Shown here: one piece after another, positions 36,903-48,700 of the stretch
Layout of the letters: each line of letters starts with the position of its first letter
Position numbering within the stretch: the stretch's first letter is position 1
From: an uncultured virus (IMG/VR IMGVR_UViG_3300027704_000010)
Lineage: Duplodnaviria; Heunggongvirae; Uroviricota; Caudoviricetes
Direction: 5' to 3' (one strand)
IMG/VR virus record: IMGVR_UViG_3300027704_000010
DNA length: 64,000 bases
Position numbers and translations under genes: made by a program
The notes under the pieces: model-generated
Database searches by the model: none
What the model was told of the DNA's origin: nothing
What the model saw: only the letters and a program-made list of their open reading frames with translations

Positions 36903-39067
36903 TATCTAACACCGATAACTGCTTCTACTATGCCTTCACCGCCGTCATTTTTATCTTCTAAACTTCTTCCTACAATAGCCCTTGTGTCATACTCATCTTC
37001 CATACTTGCCCATGCAACTCCTGGAACATCACTAGAAACTAAACGTTGTCCTTTCTTAATTTTGCCAATTACTTTAACAGGTACTCTTCCTGCTAATGCT
37101 ACTGGTAAACCTTCTGCTTCACTGTTCATTAAGTAAGCAGGGTTTGTTGATATAACACCAAACACATCTGTGTCTGCATGTTCTAAAGTCATTGTAATTT
37201 CAGCATCGCCACCAATTTTAACTACTGTGCCTGCCTCGTAAGTTGCGTCAGCTGAGTATATCTCCGCCATATCCGCGTACTTAGCCGAACTTGCCACACC
37301 AGTAAATGTTGTTGCAAATACTTCTGCGTATTTGAAACTTGCCGAACCTAAGCTAACTGCATTATCTGTTGCTGGTGTAATATTATGTGTATGCGTGTCT
37401 GCCGCATCGCTTCTTAAGAAACTTGCACTACTAATACTATCTAATGTATCAGCGTCTACGTTTAAAGCATCGATTACAGTCTTAGTTACTTGACTGTCTA
37501 CATACCCTTTAACTGATTGTTGAGTTGGAATAAGTGTAGCACTATTGCTAGACATATTATCTTCGTCAACGAATGCTGTTGCAGTAATTGTACCATCAGA
37601 TAATGAACCAAACTTAACAGTAGTTGAACCTGCATCAACACCTGCTGTTGCGAGTAGCTCAGATGTAAATGATTTTGCACCACCTAATGTTTGCGTACCT
37701 GTTGTTCTAATAACTGTGTTGTCTACAGCAACTGAACCAACTACTCCGCCGTTGTATGTAAAGTCTGCAATACCATCGCCGTCTGTTAGTGCATTGCTTA
37801 ACGATGTATTCTGCAAGTTACCTGTACTAGCATCAAAAATAACTGTGCCATCTGTTGCTTTTAAGTCAAATCCTTTAACACCGTTAGTAGTAATATTCTG
37901 TGTAGCTGTTACTGATACATTACTTAAATGTGCTGTATCCATCGGGTTAGCTGTAGAACCAATTGTTTCAATTGTGTCTGCTCCAAATCCTATAATACTT
38001 CCCGACATGTGAATGTCGTCTACATATAATGTTTTAACAGGCTTTGCTGTTGTACCAACTGAAAGTTTTGATTGACCGCCAGCATCAGTAATAGTATGTA
38101 TAACTTGATCAGCCGCTGATGAACTACCAATTGTAATCGATCCACCTAAAAATGCATTATTAAATCGTTGTGTTGAAGTACCTAACGAAGCAGTATCTGT
38201 ATTAGTTGGAATAAGATTTGTACTACCTGTGTGGTAGAAGCCTGCTGATGGAGTTATGGATCCGGAAATTAGTAATGCATTAGCCGAGGTAGCCGAAGTG
38301 GCTAAGTCCGCTAATGGTACTGATGTATCACTATATGCTCGTCTTAAATTCATACCTGGCTTAATAACTAAGCCAATACCTAAACCGCCCGAGTCATTAA
38401 ATTCGCTGGATAAATCTACAGATGCACTGTCGTTATCTCTATAACTCGTTCCTAATGTAGCGTCTGTTACAGTGAACTCTACGTTATCACTAAAGATAGC
38501 CATAACAGTTTCAAGTCCTGACGGAGTACCAAAAGCGGTACCACTGTCATTAACATATACTAAGGCTATAACTGCTCTTTTAATACTGTTGTTGTCTGTT
38601 AAATATAGTGTTCTTAATCTTGTTCCAAAGTTAGGACCGCCTGACTCTGATTGCCATCTACTTGTTACAGTACCTGGGTATGAAACTTCACGCCATGCTG
38701 TACCGTCATATAATTTTTCTTTGTTGTCAACTGTATCGAAGTAAGTTGTGCCGGCGGCTAAGTCTGATGTCGGGGCCGAAGAAGCAATGAGAGGAGTTTG
38801 CCTTCTCCATGCCGTGCCATCATATACACGCATAGTGTTGTCAGATGTATTATACCAATGCTGACCTACTAATGCTGTTTTGCCTCTAGCAACTGGATTA
38901 CTAGTAGAAGCAAAGTTCTCTAGCATCCATAAAGTGTTTTGTACGAAAAATTGACCATAGCCTGATACGTTCCTGCCTACAAGTGCTACACCATACTTAG
39001 TGCTTACCTCACCTGTTGCGACGGTAATAGTACTGCCTTCGTCTGTCGTTTTTACTGAATACGTCAT
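36902..39067 (-). CDS. tail fibre/baseplate-associated protein with C-terminal peptidase-G2/intramolecular-chaperone-like domain
   Basis: N-terminal LVGRN.SGYG....N...LENFA...GQHWY, internal DEDNMSSNSAT..PTQQSVKGYVD, and C-terminal YADMAEIY...GVISTNPAYLMN...VALAGRVPVKV.G. Confidence 0.75.
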   Translation of the reverse strand: MTYSVKTTDEGSTITVATGEVSTKYGVALVGRNVSGYGQFFVQNTLWMLENFASTSNPVARGKTALVGQHWYNTSDNTMRVYDGTAWRRQTPLIASSAPTSDLAAGTTYFDTVDNKEKLYDGTAWREVSYPGTVTSRWQSESGGPNFGTRLRTLYLTDNNSIKRAVIALVYVNDSGTAFGTPSGLETVMAIFSDNVEFTVTDATLGTSYRDNDSASVDLSSEFNDSGGLGIGLVIKPGMNLRRAYSDTSVPLADLATSATSANALLISGSITPSAGFYHTGSTNLIPTNTDTASLGTSTQRFNNAFLGGSITIGSSSAADQVIHTITDAGGQSKLSVGTTAKPVKTLYVDDIHMSGSIIGFGADTIETIGSTANPMDTAHLSNVSVTATQNITTNGVKGFDLKATDGTVIFDASTGNLQNTSLSNALTDGDGIADFTYNGGVVGSVAVDNTVIRTTGTQTLGGAKSFTSELLATAGVDAGSTTVKFGSLSDGTITATAFVDEDNMSSNSATLIPTQQSVKGYVDSQVTKTVIDALNVDADTLDSISSASFLRSDAADTHTHNITPATDNAVSLGSASFKYAEVFATTFTGVASSAKYADMAEIYSADATYEAGTVVKIGGDAEITMTLEHADTDVFGVISTNPAYLMNSEAEGLPVALAGRVPVKVIGKIKKGQRLVSSDVPGVAWASMEDEYDTRAIVGRSLEDKNDGGEGIVEAVIGVR

Positions 39068-39080
39068 TTCTTAAATTCCT

Positions 39081-39701
39081 CTAATTTAATTGAACTCGAA
39101 CCGTATAAACGATTTCAATTTCTCTGTTTTTACTTTTTTGTACTGGGTGAAATATAACATGTGTCAGTAATATACTGTCGTCAATATCATCAGCATAAGA
39201 TAATAATCCTAACTCGTCGAATACATACGATCCATCTTGTGTTGTGCTGGTGTCAAATGCATCAGCATCACTTGGTTCGTTGTACCCCAATGTACAAGTA
39301 ATTTTTAAGTCAGTGTAACTCGGTCCTGGGATAACTTCGATTTTATCCGTTGTCGTGTTATTACTAACTACTTTTTGGTAAGTCCTTGAGTACAATGTTC
39401 CACTGCTCTCATAACTTTCGCTAACTCTTGGAGATTTGTAAATTACTTTACCTGCTGTGTCGACACTGGTTGCTCCGTTGCCAAAGCCCATCCATTGAAC
39501 ATAGTAATTACCTAATTTATCTGTAATTGCCCTAGCAATCATATTCGCCATGTTGCCATAGTGAATAGCATTACGTTTGTTTACTAGTTCTTCGCCAGTT
39601 TCTTTATCCTTAATAAGGATATGACCTGACATTTTTAGACCCATTGTATCATCCACAGGACTCTCCGCTTGTTCTTGGTTAATTATCTCTTTATCTTCCA
39701 T
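39081..39701 (-). CDS. virion/baseplate-associated protein
   Basis: GHILIKD...NAIH, FGNG, FDELGL and LTHVIFHPVQKS.NR..EI.YTVR. Start reassigned to MEDKE (39701). Confidence 0.65.
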   Translation of the reverse strand: MEDKEIINQEQAESPVDDTMGLKMSGHILIKDKETGEELVNKRNAIHYGNMANMIARAITDKLGNYYVQWMGFGNGATSVDTAGKVIYKSPRVSESYESSGTLYSRTYQKVVSNNTTTDKIEVIPGPSYTDLKITCTLGYNEPSDADAFDTSTTQDGSYVFDELGLLSYADDIDDSILLTHVIFHPVQKSKNREIEIVYTVRVQLN

Positions 39702-39706
39702 GCTGT

Positions 39707-39738
39707 TATTTATCACTTTTCTTTAAAAATAGTTTTAA
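39707..39738 (-). promoter_or_regulatory. late promoter GATAAATA with upstream 16-bp near-palindrome
   Basis: Minus strand: TTAAAACTATTTTTAA-N8-GATAAATA-N5-ATG. Confidence 0.6.
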
Positions 39739-42700
39739 TTAAGTACCTTGTATGAATCCTACTATACTATTAACGTCAGTTGAGCCCGATGTATCACTTA
39801 AACTTGTAGTAACATAGGAACTATCACTGTCATCTGCTAACCAGTTCAGGTCTTGTGGATCTCTATAACCAGCCAATTTAATATTTTGTGTTTCTTCACC
39901 GTTGTATACTTTACTGCTTACTGCAATAATTGGGTTAGCCGTTGTACCTCTAGTACCACGTATAATGCCTAGCAACTTATTACTTATTGAGTCAATGCCT
40001 GTATACTCTATTCTTTCTGAGTTAATCCATATAACACCTTTATTACTAGCGGATGCGTTTGGTAAAACATCAGCATCTGCTACTGTAATGGTAGTATCCC
40101 ACTCATTAACTATTGCTGTAACTGTTGTTAATCCTGATGTCGAACTTCTATAAAAGTCTGTTCTTCCAAATAGATCCATAAACACAGTATGTCTAACTGG
40201 TTTAGAACTTGCTGTTCCTATTGCAATATTGCCATGTGAAACGTTACTTGTATAAACATTCATAACTAATGTTTCAAATGGTTGTATAACAATAAGTTCT
40301 TCCGGTCTGTCTGGTCCGTATCCTGACTTAGTAAATGTTACTGCATCAAATCCGTATACTGTTTCGTTGTTAACTCTATAGTTTACAGCGCCTTGACTAT
40401 CAGTATCAAACACACCGTGGAAGTTATTAACTGTTACATCTTTATCCCAAACTTCTTCATCCCATGCAAAGAAGTCAAAGCCTCTTGTATTAGTGTAGAA
40501 TGTAGTTGGGTGTGTGCCTGGAACAATATCCATAAACACATTAGCATCTAATATCTCGCCGTTAAAGTCTCCGCCAACTGCTGTCTTAACTAAACTTAAT
40601 GTATAGTTTAGGTTGCCATCGTTAACCATGTTAGTCATAATAGCTTTATTAGTTGTTATAGTTGTATTTGCTCCTGCGCCAGTGCCGTGTGCTGAATCCA
40701 TAGCATGTACAAATGCTGTTCTAATATGTGTATTGAACTTAAACTCTCTGTCACTTGCTCTCCAATTAACACTAGTGTTGCCCATTGCGGCTTCTGTTGT
40801 GCCTTCAATACTTATAATGTTTTTAGCAATACTTTCTTTTAATGTTTCTTTAGCAGGGTTAAAGCCGTGTACTGATTCAAAGTCAAGTACATCACCTACT
40901 TGTATTCCACCTAATGTTGGATTGTCTGTGTATGCTTTATTAAACTCAATTTTGTTATCTGCAATATTATATGTCCAGTTAGTAACTGCGCCGGCTAGTA
41001 ACGTACTAGCACTAACGTTTGGTACTACTACGTCATTATGCCTAACTGTTAAACTAGAAACATCACTTGCATCAGTAATGTAAGGTATGAAGTTAAATGG
41101 TACTTCAGTTAAGTTACTGGATGCTATTACTCGCTGTGTCTTTGTTGTAAGCGAATTTTGATACAAGTCTGAATTAACTCTATCAATTATAATCTTAGTG
41201 TTTATTTTTCTTACTGGAGCATTACTACTTACAAATCCTGCGTATGCTGTATCGCTGTTAAGTATAGTTGCATCAGCTGTAATACTTGCATCTAGTATAC
41301 GAACAGATGTTGCATCCTCATCAAAGTATGGAGGTCTATCAAAGTCACTAGTTGATCCCTTCAATATTTCTACTGGAGCTTTCTTAATATCTCTATAGTT
41401 TCTAATCTTACTACTGTAAGGTTTAACTTCATTGAAGTATTCAACTGCTTTGCTAAAGTTATCAACTTTTAATCCTTTAAATTGGATTAAGTCAGTTTCT
41501 TCTTTTTGTACATTTAAGTATGTAGATTTAAACGCCCAACTCAATTCTATTTGTTCGCCTATTGCAAACTTAACCATACTAAAGAATAACTTGTTCCAGT
41601 AAAGTTTATGTGTGCCTATGAATACTTTAGTGTACAAGTGATGTAGTATTTGTCTAATCTCTTTTCCGATTTCAAGTTGTTGCTTATCAGTGTATACCTT
41701 TTTATTCCACTGTACCGTTTCGTTTTCCATAGCAATCAGTGTAAACTTGTTATCTGTTTTAGTGTATTCGAATAACTTATATTTAGAAGTAGCAGTATCT
41801 TGTACTTGTATAATACTCTTGTCTAGTAAGTTTTTTATTAACTTTAATTGCTTTTCAGTTTTAACTCGTCTAAGTGGTCTATAATCTTCGTTATAATAAA
41901 TTTTAGTATTTTTTACTTTGTTAGTTCGTAGTAACTTAAACCAGTTAGAAGTTATTAAATGAGGAATTGAAGTTGGTAGCCCAACTCTCCAATCTGTAAA
42001 TACTGTGTCCATTTGTAGTTCTGAGAATATGTCGTTCATTGTTTCGAACATTTGCTTTCTAGCCGCTAAAATATCCTTAAACATTGTTTGTCTAGGTCTA
42101 AACTGTGAACCGTATCTCTCGCCTTCACTAAGTCCTGCAACAGGAACAATTTCGTTTATAGCATTGTATCCTGCTAAACTGTCCATAACCTTAATACTTA
42201 GGTTGTGCGGAATAGTTGCATTAGTATTGCCTTCACCTGCTAAAGTCCAGCTGGTGTGCTTCTGCGATAATCCAGATTCTTTTCTTCTAAAGTTTAAACT
42301 TACAATAGAGTCTTCAGTTTTAATTAAATCGCCTAACTTATTAATTGTCATTGCTTCCGGAGAAACAAGTGCAAAATAAGGCATTCTGTTTCCTTCAGGA
42401 TTATCTAACAACTGTTCAAGCTCTTGTGTACTTTTGTTTCTATTGTATTTCATCATCGCATCGTTAGATACTTCACTTATGCCTCTAACCCAATAGTAGT
42501 ACGAAGTTATTGTTTTGCCTCGTTTGTTTATTGCTTTCTCATCAATGTATGCACCACTGTCTATTGCTGTTCCAGGTCCTGCATATTCTATTGGTGGTAC
42601 AGTATTTCGTGTCCACTCGTAAATTACAATTTCACTTCCTGGGAATTTAGAACCCCAATCATTGTTTCGTTGCATATTATTGTAAGCAAATTGTCCGTAT

Positions 42701-45700
42701 GTTCCTTTACCTTGCTCGTACCAGTTATATCGTACTTTACTAGTATCCCACCAAGTTTGTCCTACTTGCTCTTCGCCAAACTTAGTATACGCTGGATCAT
42801 ACACAATAGGATCATTCTCTACTTTGTAAGTAATGTCCTTATCTATGAATCCTGGTATAATACCTTTGAATGGATCGTATAAGTTAATATCAAATTCTTT
42901 TACAGCCGTATCAGCATCGTAAGTAATTACGTCATCTATGAATGCAATGTCTGTTAATGTTTCTTGCTTTCTTATTACTGTACCGCTTTCTAAATATGCC
43001 CAGCCGTTACCACCGTAGTTATCAATCCATACATTGGCATGGTCGGCTAATGTTAATCCTGCTTCAGTGTCATATCTCATGCTCTGTAACAATAATGGTT
43101 TAACGTCTTGCCTTGTGAGGTTCGTGTTAGTAAACACAACAGGGCTAGTGCCGTCTACTCCTCTAAGTTCGTATTCATACAAGTTTGCTATTGTACTAGC
43201 ATTACCTAATCCCATTCCTAAAGTAAAGCCTTGCGTCCATGGAAGGTTACCTTGCCAACCGCCGCCACGTCCTAATAATCCTGCTGTACTGTTAGCGCCT
43301 GTTAATGCAGAACCAGTAACGTCTAATTGAGGATCAATGCCAGTGGAGTCGATGTTCTCAAAGTTTGGATAAGTTCCACACACATAGTCACCATCTGTAA
43401 TGCCTAATAACTGTAGTAGTCCTGGGTTAAGTTCATCACCTAGTCTTATACCACTAATGTTTGGTCCGCCCATAAGTAGTTCGCCGAAACTAGCAAGGTC
43501 GCCGTCACCGCCGTCACCGGTGCCGCCGGCTCCGCCTAATCCTCTGCTACCGTTTCTGCCGTCTCCGTTATTATCTCCATCTGGATTTAAAGGTCGTCCG
43601 TCCGGTCCGTATTGTACTTCGTCTGCTCCGAACCAAGGGTCACCATTTTCGTCTAATGGACTCCATAAAGTAATGTCATCTGCTAATTGTCCTAATGGGG
43701 AACGCGGAAGAATCATGCCATTTGGCAGTCCTAAATCGTTGAGTGCATTACCGGCTTCGCTACAGCTAGGAATATCTCTTGCTGTTAAGAATACTCTACC
43801 GCCTGAACCTGCACCAGGCTTATTCAATGTGCCCAAAGTATCACTGTCGCTTACACCTGTTGTTTTACGTTTAATATCGTACTGTATTGGTACGCCAGCG
43901 TCTAAGTCACTTGGGAATATTTTGTATATGCCTCTATCAATAACTTGTATATCTGTTATGCCGCCATAGCCGTCAACGCCTGTAATAACAAACTTAGCAG
44001 GTCTCTCCATAACTGGCCCGGGTTTAAGTCTCGCGGACACTTCCGCATCTCTACCTTGTCCTCTAACAGTAATAGTTGGAGGATTATCTATGCTATAGCC
44101 AGAGCCTCCTAGTTTCAAGCCTACTGAAACTATTCCGCCATTTGAATCGTAAGTGATTGCGTCATAGTCTACTAATGCTCCACCACCTGGTTCGCCACGT
44201 TGTCCAATCTTAAACGTTATAGGTGTAGCCATTCCATTTGTAAGGTAGCCACTGCCTGGGTTATTAACTGTGAATTCCTCAATTGGACTAACGCCTTGAC
44301 TTACTACAGGTGTACCACCCATAAGTCTCATTATGGCTCCGACTTCGTAACCTGTACCTGCTGTAATACAAATACTGCTTTTAACAAGAGCTTGTCTGTT
44401 TTGTTCTGCTGTTACAGTATTAGTAGTATATGATGTAACATGTGTAGCAACATCCAACGTACTTGACGTGCCGCTGACAGTATGTCTAGTTGCGCCTGCG
44501 CCAGTTGTAGTTGGTGTTACTGTTGTTTCTTTATTAAAGCATACTTGATTATCTTGCTTAATAGAATAGTCTAACACTTCTTTATATATTCCGCCTGCAC
44601 AACCATTTCTAATTATCATTGGATCTGATAACTTGTTTCTGATCATTAAGCACTTTTCTTTAGTTGCTGAATCTACAGTAATAAGAACGTTAACTGATGT
44701 TGTTTGACTTAGTATCTCTTTCTTAATTGCTGTTAATTTAGTTGAGCCACTTAGCAATATGCTATCACCGTTAATAAAGAACGAGTCACCGGCGCCAACC
44801 ATTTTAGTTTGTCCACATATTTTAACTCTAGCTTTAGGCTTACAAATTGGTACATTAACTGTTCCACTTACTGGAGCAACTGTGCCTGATGTTGAATTCT
44901 TCTGTAAAGCTGTTAATGAAAGATAGCTAGTACTTGCTGTATTGTTCTGTTTCTGATTAAGACCTACACCAGATACTAAACCAGTTCCGCCAAATATTGC
45001 TCCGCTGGTCATATTGCCGTTAACACCGAACTGAGGAACTCCTGATGGTGCTTGGTTAATAGGGTATGTTTTGTATATTGGGAGATTAATAGATCCCATT
45101 CCACCATAGCCGCCTGAGCCTCCTAGGTGTACCATGTTCTGTCCTACGTTTAATCTGCTATTAGAATAGCCACCTATAAAGTTATGCGCCATGCCTGCTA
45201 TGGGTGGGTATAAAGGAAAGCCGTGTATCTGTGTTTGGTTTGCCAATGTTACCAAATTAGTATTCTGATTTCCGTTTGGAGGAGGATTACCAACTCCAAC
45301 TGATCCCTTACTTGGGTAGCCGGCTCCGTTAACATCGTCTGCTGGATGTTCCATGTAATATTTAAATGCTGTACTTGTCTTCGAATCTTTGTCTAGAGTA
45401 ATAGTAATATATCTGCCTTTACTAGCATCATATGTAAATGATATTTTGCCATTTTCTTTAACAAAGCCGTTACCATGTTCTGAATAACCTTGATTTAATA
45501 ACTGACCAGGGCCAACATTATTTTGTTGCCACGGTGTCATTCCAGCTGATATTTGCCATTTAACACCTGACCATGCATGTATATCTACTTTGTCTATAGG
45601 ACTTAATGTACTTGCAACGCCTGTGCCTGCAATCTTAGATCCAGTCGATCCTGCATGAGTACTTTGGTAAACTGTTAGTCTATCTTTAGCACTATACATA

Positions 45701-48700
45701 TCAAACAATATTCTAACTGGATATGTTTGAGAAGTGTCTTCCGCAAACTTGTACTTAAATGTTTCTGTTTGTCCTCTGCCCTGCGTGTTCATCTCATTTA
45801 CAAATACAGATGTAACTGGTGGTACCGGAGGTTTCGGTGGTACCGGAGGAGGTGGAGGACACGGATCATCGTGCTGTGTAAGAGATATTAACGGTGTCCA
45901 GTCAACTACAGTTGTGCCTGTAGTTGCCACACTTGCACCTGGGCCTGTCTGTCCCTTGCTAATTGTTGATGGTGGAACAATTGTTTGAATCGGTTGTGGC
46001 GGTAGTGGGTTGCCAGCTGGATCAGTAAAAGGCCACCCTTTGTTTGGTGGTGGTGTCGGTATCGGATTCGCTATCACCGGAATACTAACGCCTGGAGCAG
46101 GTGGATTCGATGGCATCTGAGGATAACCAAGTCCTGTATGTACAAGCTGTTGCTGTAAAGTATTATATGCTACACCTCTGCCTACTGCAGAAGGTATAGG
46201 ATTTTGTGTTGTTATGTTAGGAATAATATTATTTACTAGAGGTGTTCCACTCACAAATGGAAGCACTGGTAAAGAATGACCTATACTTGAATTTGGTTTA
46301 CCGGCACCGCCCATGCCTGCGCCGCCTTGTTGGAAATACGGTGTGCCGCCCTTCGACGCTGAACCGCCCCTCATCAGTTTATTTACTTGGTTCATTATTC
46401 CAGTAATTCCTGTTAAGGACATATACATGGAATCACATTGTACTAATGCTCCCGACTTAATAGCCATCTGTCTATTAATCTCATCTGCATATTCTTGTGA
46501 AGTATGCATTGGGAACGCTGTTGCAACTTTGGCTCCATTAACCATAATATCGCCATCATGTTTTGATATTAAGTATGCTTCTGAATCTGCGCCACCTGTT
46601 GTTGGCAATGTATCTGTGCCGTGTACTTTATATTCTTTTTCTGAAACATATCTAATTCCGCCTGTTGCGTACGGATGGTCAAACCCAAATCCTTCTAAAC
46701 GTATAACAGTAGAGCTAGGTACAGATTCAACTTTCCATGCCCAGTTATAATAGTTCGGTTCCATGTCAACAATGTTTATAACTTTGTTTACAATTGTGTC
46801 TGTTCCATCTGTGTCTAAAGTATGTGCTTCTTCTAAAGTAACTTCTACCTGGTCTGTCATCATAGTTGCATTGCCAAATGCATTATCCTGGAATGTAAGA
46901 CTTGCTGTGCCTGTCGCTGTTGCATTTTGAGATAGTACCACTCCTGTTACTGTAACTTCTGCAACTGTTGTGCCTCCAGTAATGCCTGCGCCACTTACTA
47001 GCATACCGGATGTTACTACTGCATTCGGTGAAGCGATAGTTGCCGTTGTACTGCCACTAGTTGTACCTACTGAAACTACAACACTTGTAGGCTCTACAAA
47101 ATCTCCGTACACACTAATTGTAGTTGCTGATTTCCCAACAACTCTGTATACACCTGAATAGTAACCTGCGTTGTTAATTTTAACAACTCCTAAGTTTGCA
47201 ACTGTTGAAGTGTTCATGTCTGTTGTAAATACTAAACCGTTATTAACTGCTAAACTTAATGCACTTGAACTAACATTTGAACTAAAAGTACTTTCAGTAA
47301 CTGTGAATGTTGTTATAATAGAATTTGCTGTACTGTAATTATTTGTTCTCTTAGAGAACTGTATAGTCGCACCGTTTGACATTGTAACTGCTGTGTCTAC
47401 TACCATTGTAACTGCATCAGTTATAGCAGTAACTTTAGTGTTAGCTGGTATCCCAGAGCCACTTACAACATGTCCAACTTGAATAGTGTTATCGCCTGCT
47501 GTAATGATTATAGTAGTTGCACTAGATAATGCACCATTAATTGTTGTGGAATAAATTCCTGTATCAGTTGTATCAACTAATGTTGTTGCCATTGTAGACG
47601 GACTTACTGTAACATTACTTGCTTTATAAGTATTACCGTTTAAGGCACCTGTACTTGAATCTGTGAACGTTATATACGAGCCTTCTTCAAAGTCGTTCAT
47701 TGAAGTAGTGCCTGTATAAGTTAAGTTAACTGTGTTGCTAGTACCAACGTTGGCATCTAGAGCAAACGTTTCTGAAGTATTAATATAATAGTTTACTGCT
47801 GAAACATTACCACTTACTGTTGGCTCAATTTTTTCTATTAACAATCTTAACGGCTCTTTATATCCAATGCCTGAAATTGTTACAGAATTTTTAACAACTT
47901 GATCTTCATTTAAGAAGTATCCAACCGGAGTATTAACTTCCATAATAGTGTTATCAAACATCTTGTCACCATCAGCAAGTTCGATATTTGCATAATAACT
48001 ATCTAGTGCAATGCCTTCACGTTTTAATGCTATAACATTATCGTAATAGTTTGTAATGTTTGCTTCGTCTGTTAAGTAGTTTGAGTTAGCATAAGCATCT
48101 AAACTTATGTCAGTGTACAACATTGTTGTACCTAAATTATCGTTGAATTTAATATAAGCAACATTACTAGTAGCATCAAATCCTGTGGGTTGAACTAACT
48201 TGTATGCATTAAAGTCTGAATGCTCACTAACAGCAAAATGTACTACATCATTTTCTTGAGGTATCTTATTAGCTGGACGAGAATCAATATCAAATAATCC
48301 TGTAAAATCATTTAAGTTCATTGCTTGGTATGCCACGTTGTACGAGGATATGTAACCTGCGTTTGGTAGTGGAGTATACTTGCTGTCAGTAATACCTGTG
48401 AAGTCAACATTTTTAGTAGTGGGCCACAAGTCTTTAGTTTTCATATCTGTTGGTCTATGAATAAATCTTGTGCTATCATCTACGTCAATTAATATAGTCG
48501 AATCCGATAAGTCGTCTGGTGTTATTTCTAATGTTCGTTGTTGTTTTAGTCTTGCCGCTAATGCATCCTCGGCTTTAACTTTAATATTTAATGTGCTACC
48601 AGGTAAGTCACCTTGATATGCTTCTGCAAAATCTACTGTTGCTCTTTCAATAATTGTGATAGGAGTATTTTCGTTTAACTCTCCACCCGGTAGTTTAGTT

